Source: Guillardia theta CCMP2712 | Lineage: Eukaryota; Protista; Cryptophyta | NCBI RefSeq assembly: GCF_000315625.1 | Contig: NW_005434668.1 | Coordinates: 304,938 to 368,937, forward strand | Direction of reading: 5' to 3' | Length of the DNA stretch: 64,000 nucleotides | Part shown: positions 62,430-64,000 of the stretch, in pieces | How the letters are laid out: each line of letters begins with the position of its first letter | Position numbering within the stretch: position 1 is the stretch's first letter | The notes under the pieces: model-generated | The model's input: only the letters and a program-made list of their open reading frames with translations | Database searches by the model: none | Told to the model about the DNA's origin: nothing | Position numbers and translations under genes: made by a program

Positions 62430-64000
62430 ATGTGATAGATAGTCATCACATCGCCCGTCCGAGTCACGTCCCATCAAGCCCCACGTTTCCCTCCGAGCGA
62501 AGGAGCAAAAGACTCATGGGTCGGTGGCCGGTCATATCTATAACCCACCCATCGTTGAATCTGCTGAAATTTTATCTGAGGAAGGGGTACTTCAGAGGAT
62601 TCAAGGGCCCTTGCTATACGAGCAAGCAGGATACATGTTCCTAGGACAGCTGGCCATAGGGAGATACCCACCATTGTGACCTCCATGGTATCCGGGGGGC
62701 GACATGTAGCAGTGGTACCAGCCAGCCTGTCAGTAAAGGAAAACATGTGAAAAGAATCACTTTGGTCTACTCCTCAGTAGCTGTAGGAATGAAAAGTCTA
62801 TTTTTAGATTCACATGTACGACACTTTTCTATGAAAGAACTCATTTTCGTTTCCTGTGGGACCATGATGATATTTTAGTCACCACCCACCCTCGGATCAT
62901 GATTCTTTTTCTTAATACAACCTTTGTTGTGACCCAACAAGCACCCCACCTTCTATGCTGGTCCTTCGTGCAGTGAGGGGCCGTCGAGTTCTAAAGGGTG
63001 GGTACCCCCACCAACCAATCAACATTCCATGAAATTACCCCACCCCTGATACACAAGCACCCATTTGAATGAATCTACCAGGGGTCCGTGTGATTCAATC
63101 ATAAGATTTTACTCATCAAAAGATCGATGTAAAAGGTTACCGAGCCATCAGGATAGCTTGACCCTCTCCATTTCTAACTTTCATGTGGTAAAGAAGGGGT
63201 AGGGTCCTATACCCTCCATTACCCCCTGACCTCCCACTACTGTAGCCCCGTCCGCATCAAGTGGCACGAGTGCTCCATTTAAAATAAACCTCTTAACCCC
63301 ACCCTACTTAATAATCCACCGACGGATATAGACTACTCGTTATGACACCCCACCCTTCCTAAAACCATTTTGAACCCTTTAAAGCACCCAAGACAGCTGA
63401 TGCAAAAACCACCCCACCCACCGGATTGAAACAAACCGAAACACCTACCCTTGGTTTCAAAAGAAAATAGAGGACCCCACGGATCTATAAGTGGTCTAAT
63501 AGAGGCTCGTGTAGGTCATATCAGGGTGGTAGGAGAGCTACGACCAACAGTGAAGCTATTCCAACGGAATGATCACCTACCCGAGCTACACAGCCCCTCC
63601 ACTCTACCCATGACTCTGCCTCTTTCACATTTCACCACCCCACCAAATCTCAGTACCCCACCTAATGAACCACTGTTGCAACCCCCCTACCCCAAAGATT
63701 CCTTAAAGAAGCTAATCTGGAAGGATGAATAAGGACCTGAAGACGGAGGGGTACCCCTGTTTCTTTCATGTCTGGAGTCAGTACCCCTGCTTCTTTCCTA
63801 CCCCACCCCCGATTTACCCATCCTATCCCTTCACGCGTGCGTTGCATCCTCCTCCCCCCACCCCTCCTCCTTGTTCCACTCACCCACCCTTCCCGCCCTC
63901 CTTGCACTGATCCTTCCCCTTCCCTCCTACTCGGTTTCATCGCATCCTCACTTGCACTGAGTGCCCTCACTCTCTCTTTCCTCTCCCCTCTCTCCCCCTC
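62430..64000. other. Non-coding ACCCC/GGGGT-rich intergenic sequence
   Basis: Dense accc/taccc/ccaccc words and no credible ORF; similar to patches at 13150-13290, 16760-16910, 21330-21640 and 32140-32360. Confidence 0.55.

Overview
Gene-dense eukaryotic nuclear DNA (about 50% GC by eye) with many 40-65 nt spliceosomal introns and some longer introns filled with simple repeats. Bipartite plastid-targeting leaders, an RWP-RK gene and TTTAGGG repeats suggest a cryptophyte-type alga; this is inference only. Recognisable housekeeping genes are ispE, a CRT-like transporter, PAK1IP1/MAK11, RTCB, an eIF2-alpha kinase, an Mpv17/PMP22 protein, MDH1 ending in -SKL, an LRR protein, TBC1D5, NIPBL/SCC2 and a SAM methyltransferase. 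Two genes stand out. (1) At ~53.8-60.7 kb, ORFs that look separate in the ORF track splice into one ~2,000-aa protein: Nup98-like FG/GLEBS segment, SPRY, right-handed beta-helix, DZIP3-type HEPN, coiled coil, tyrosine-kinase-like pseudokinase, unknown domain and an intact paracaspase-like protease. This resembles a single-chain innate-immune sensor/effector, and it lies beside a decayed piggyBac-like transposase and interstitial telomeric repeats. (2) At 23.5-29.0 kb there is an intron-rich GluR0-type ligand-gated channel with a TVGYGD K+ filter, EF-hand-like motifs in place of the amino-terminal domain, and an extra C-terminal TM helix. RTCB also appears to need a GA-AG intron. All gene models were spliced by hand and all family calls rest on remembered motifs, not database searches.
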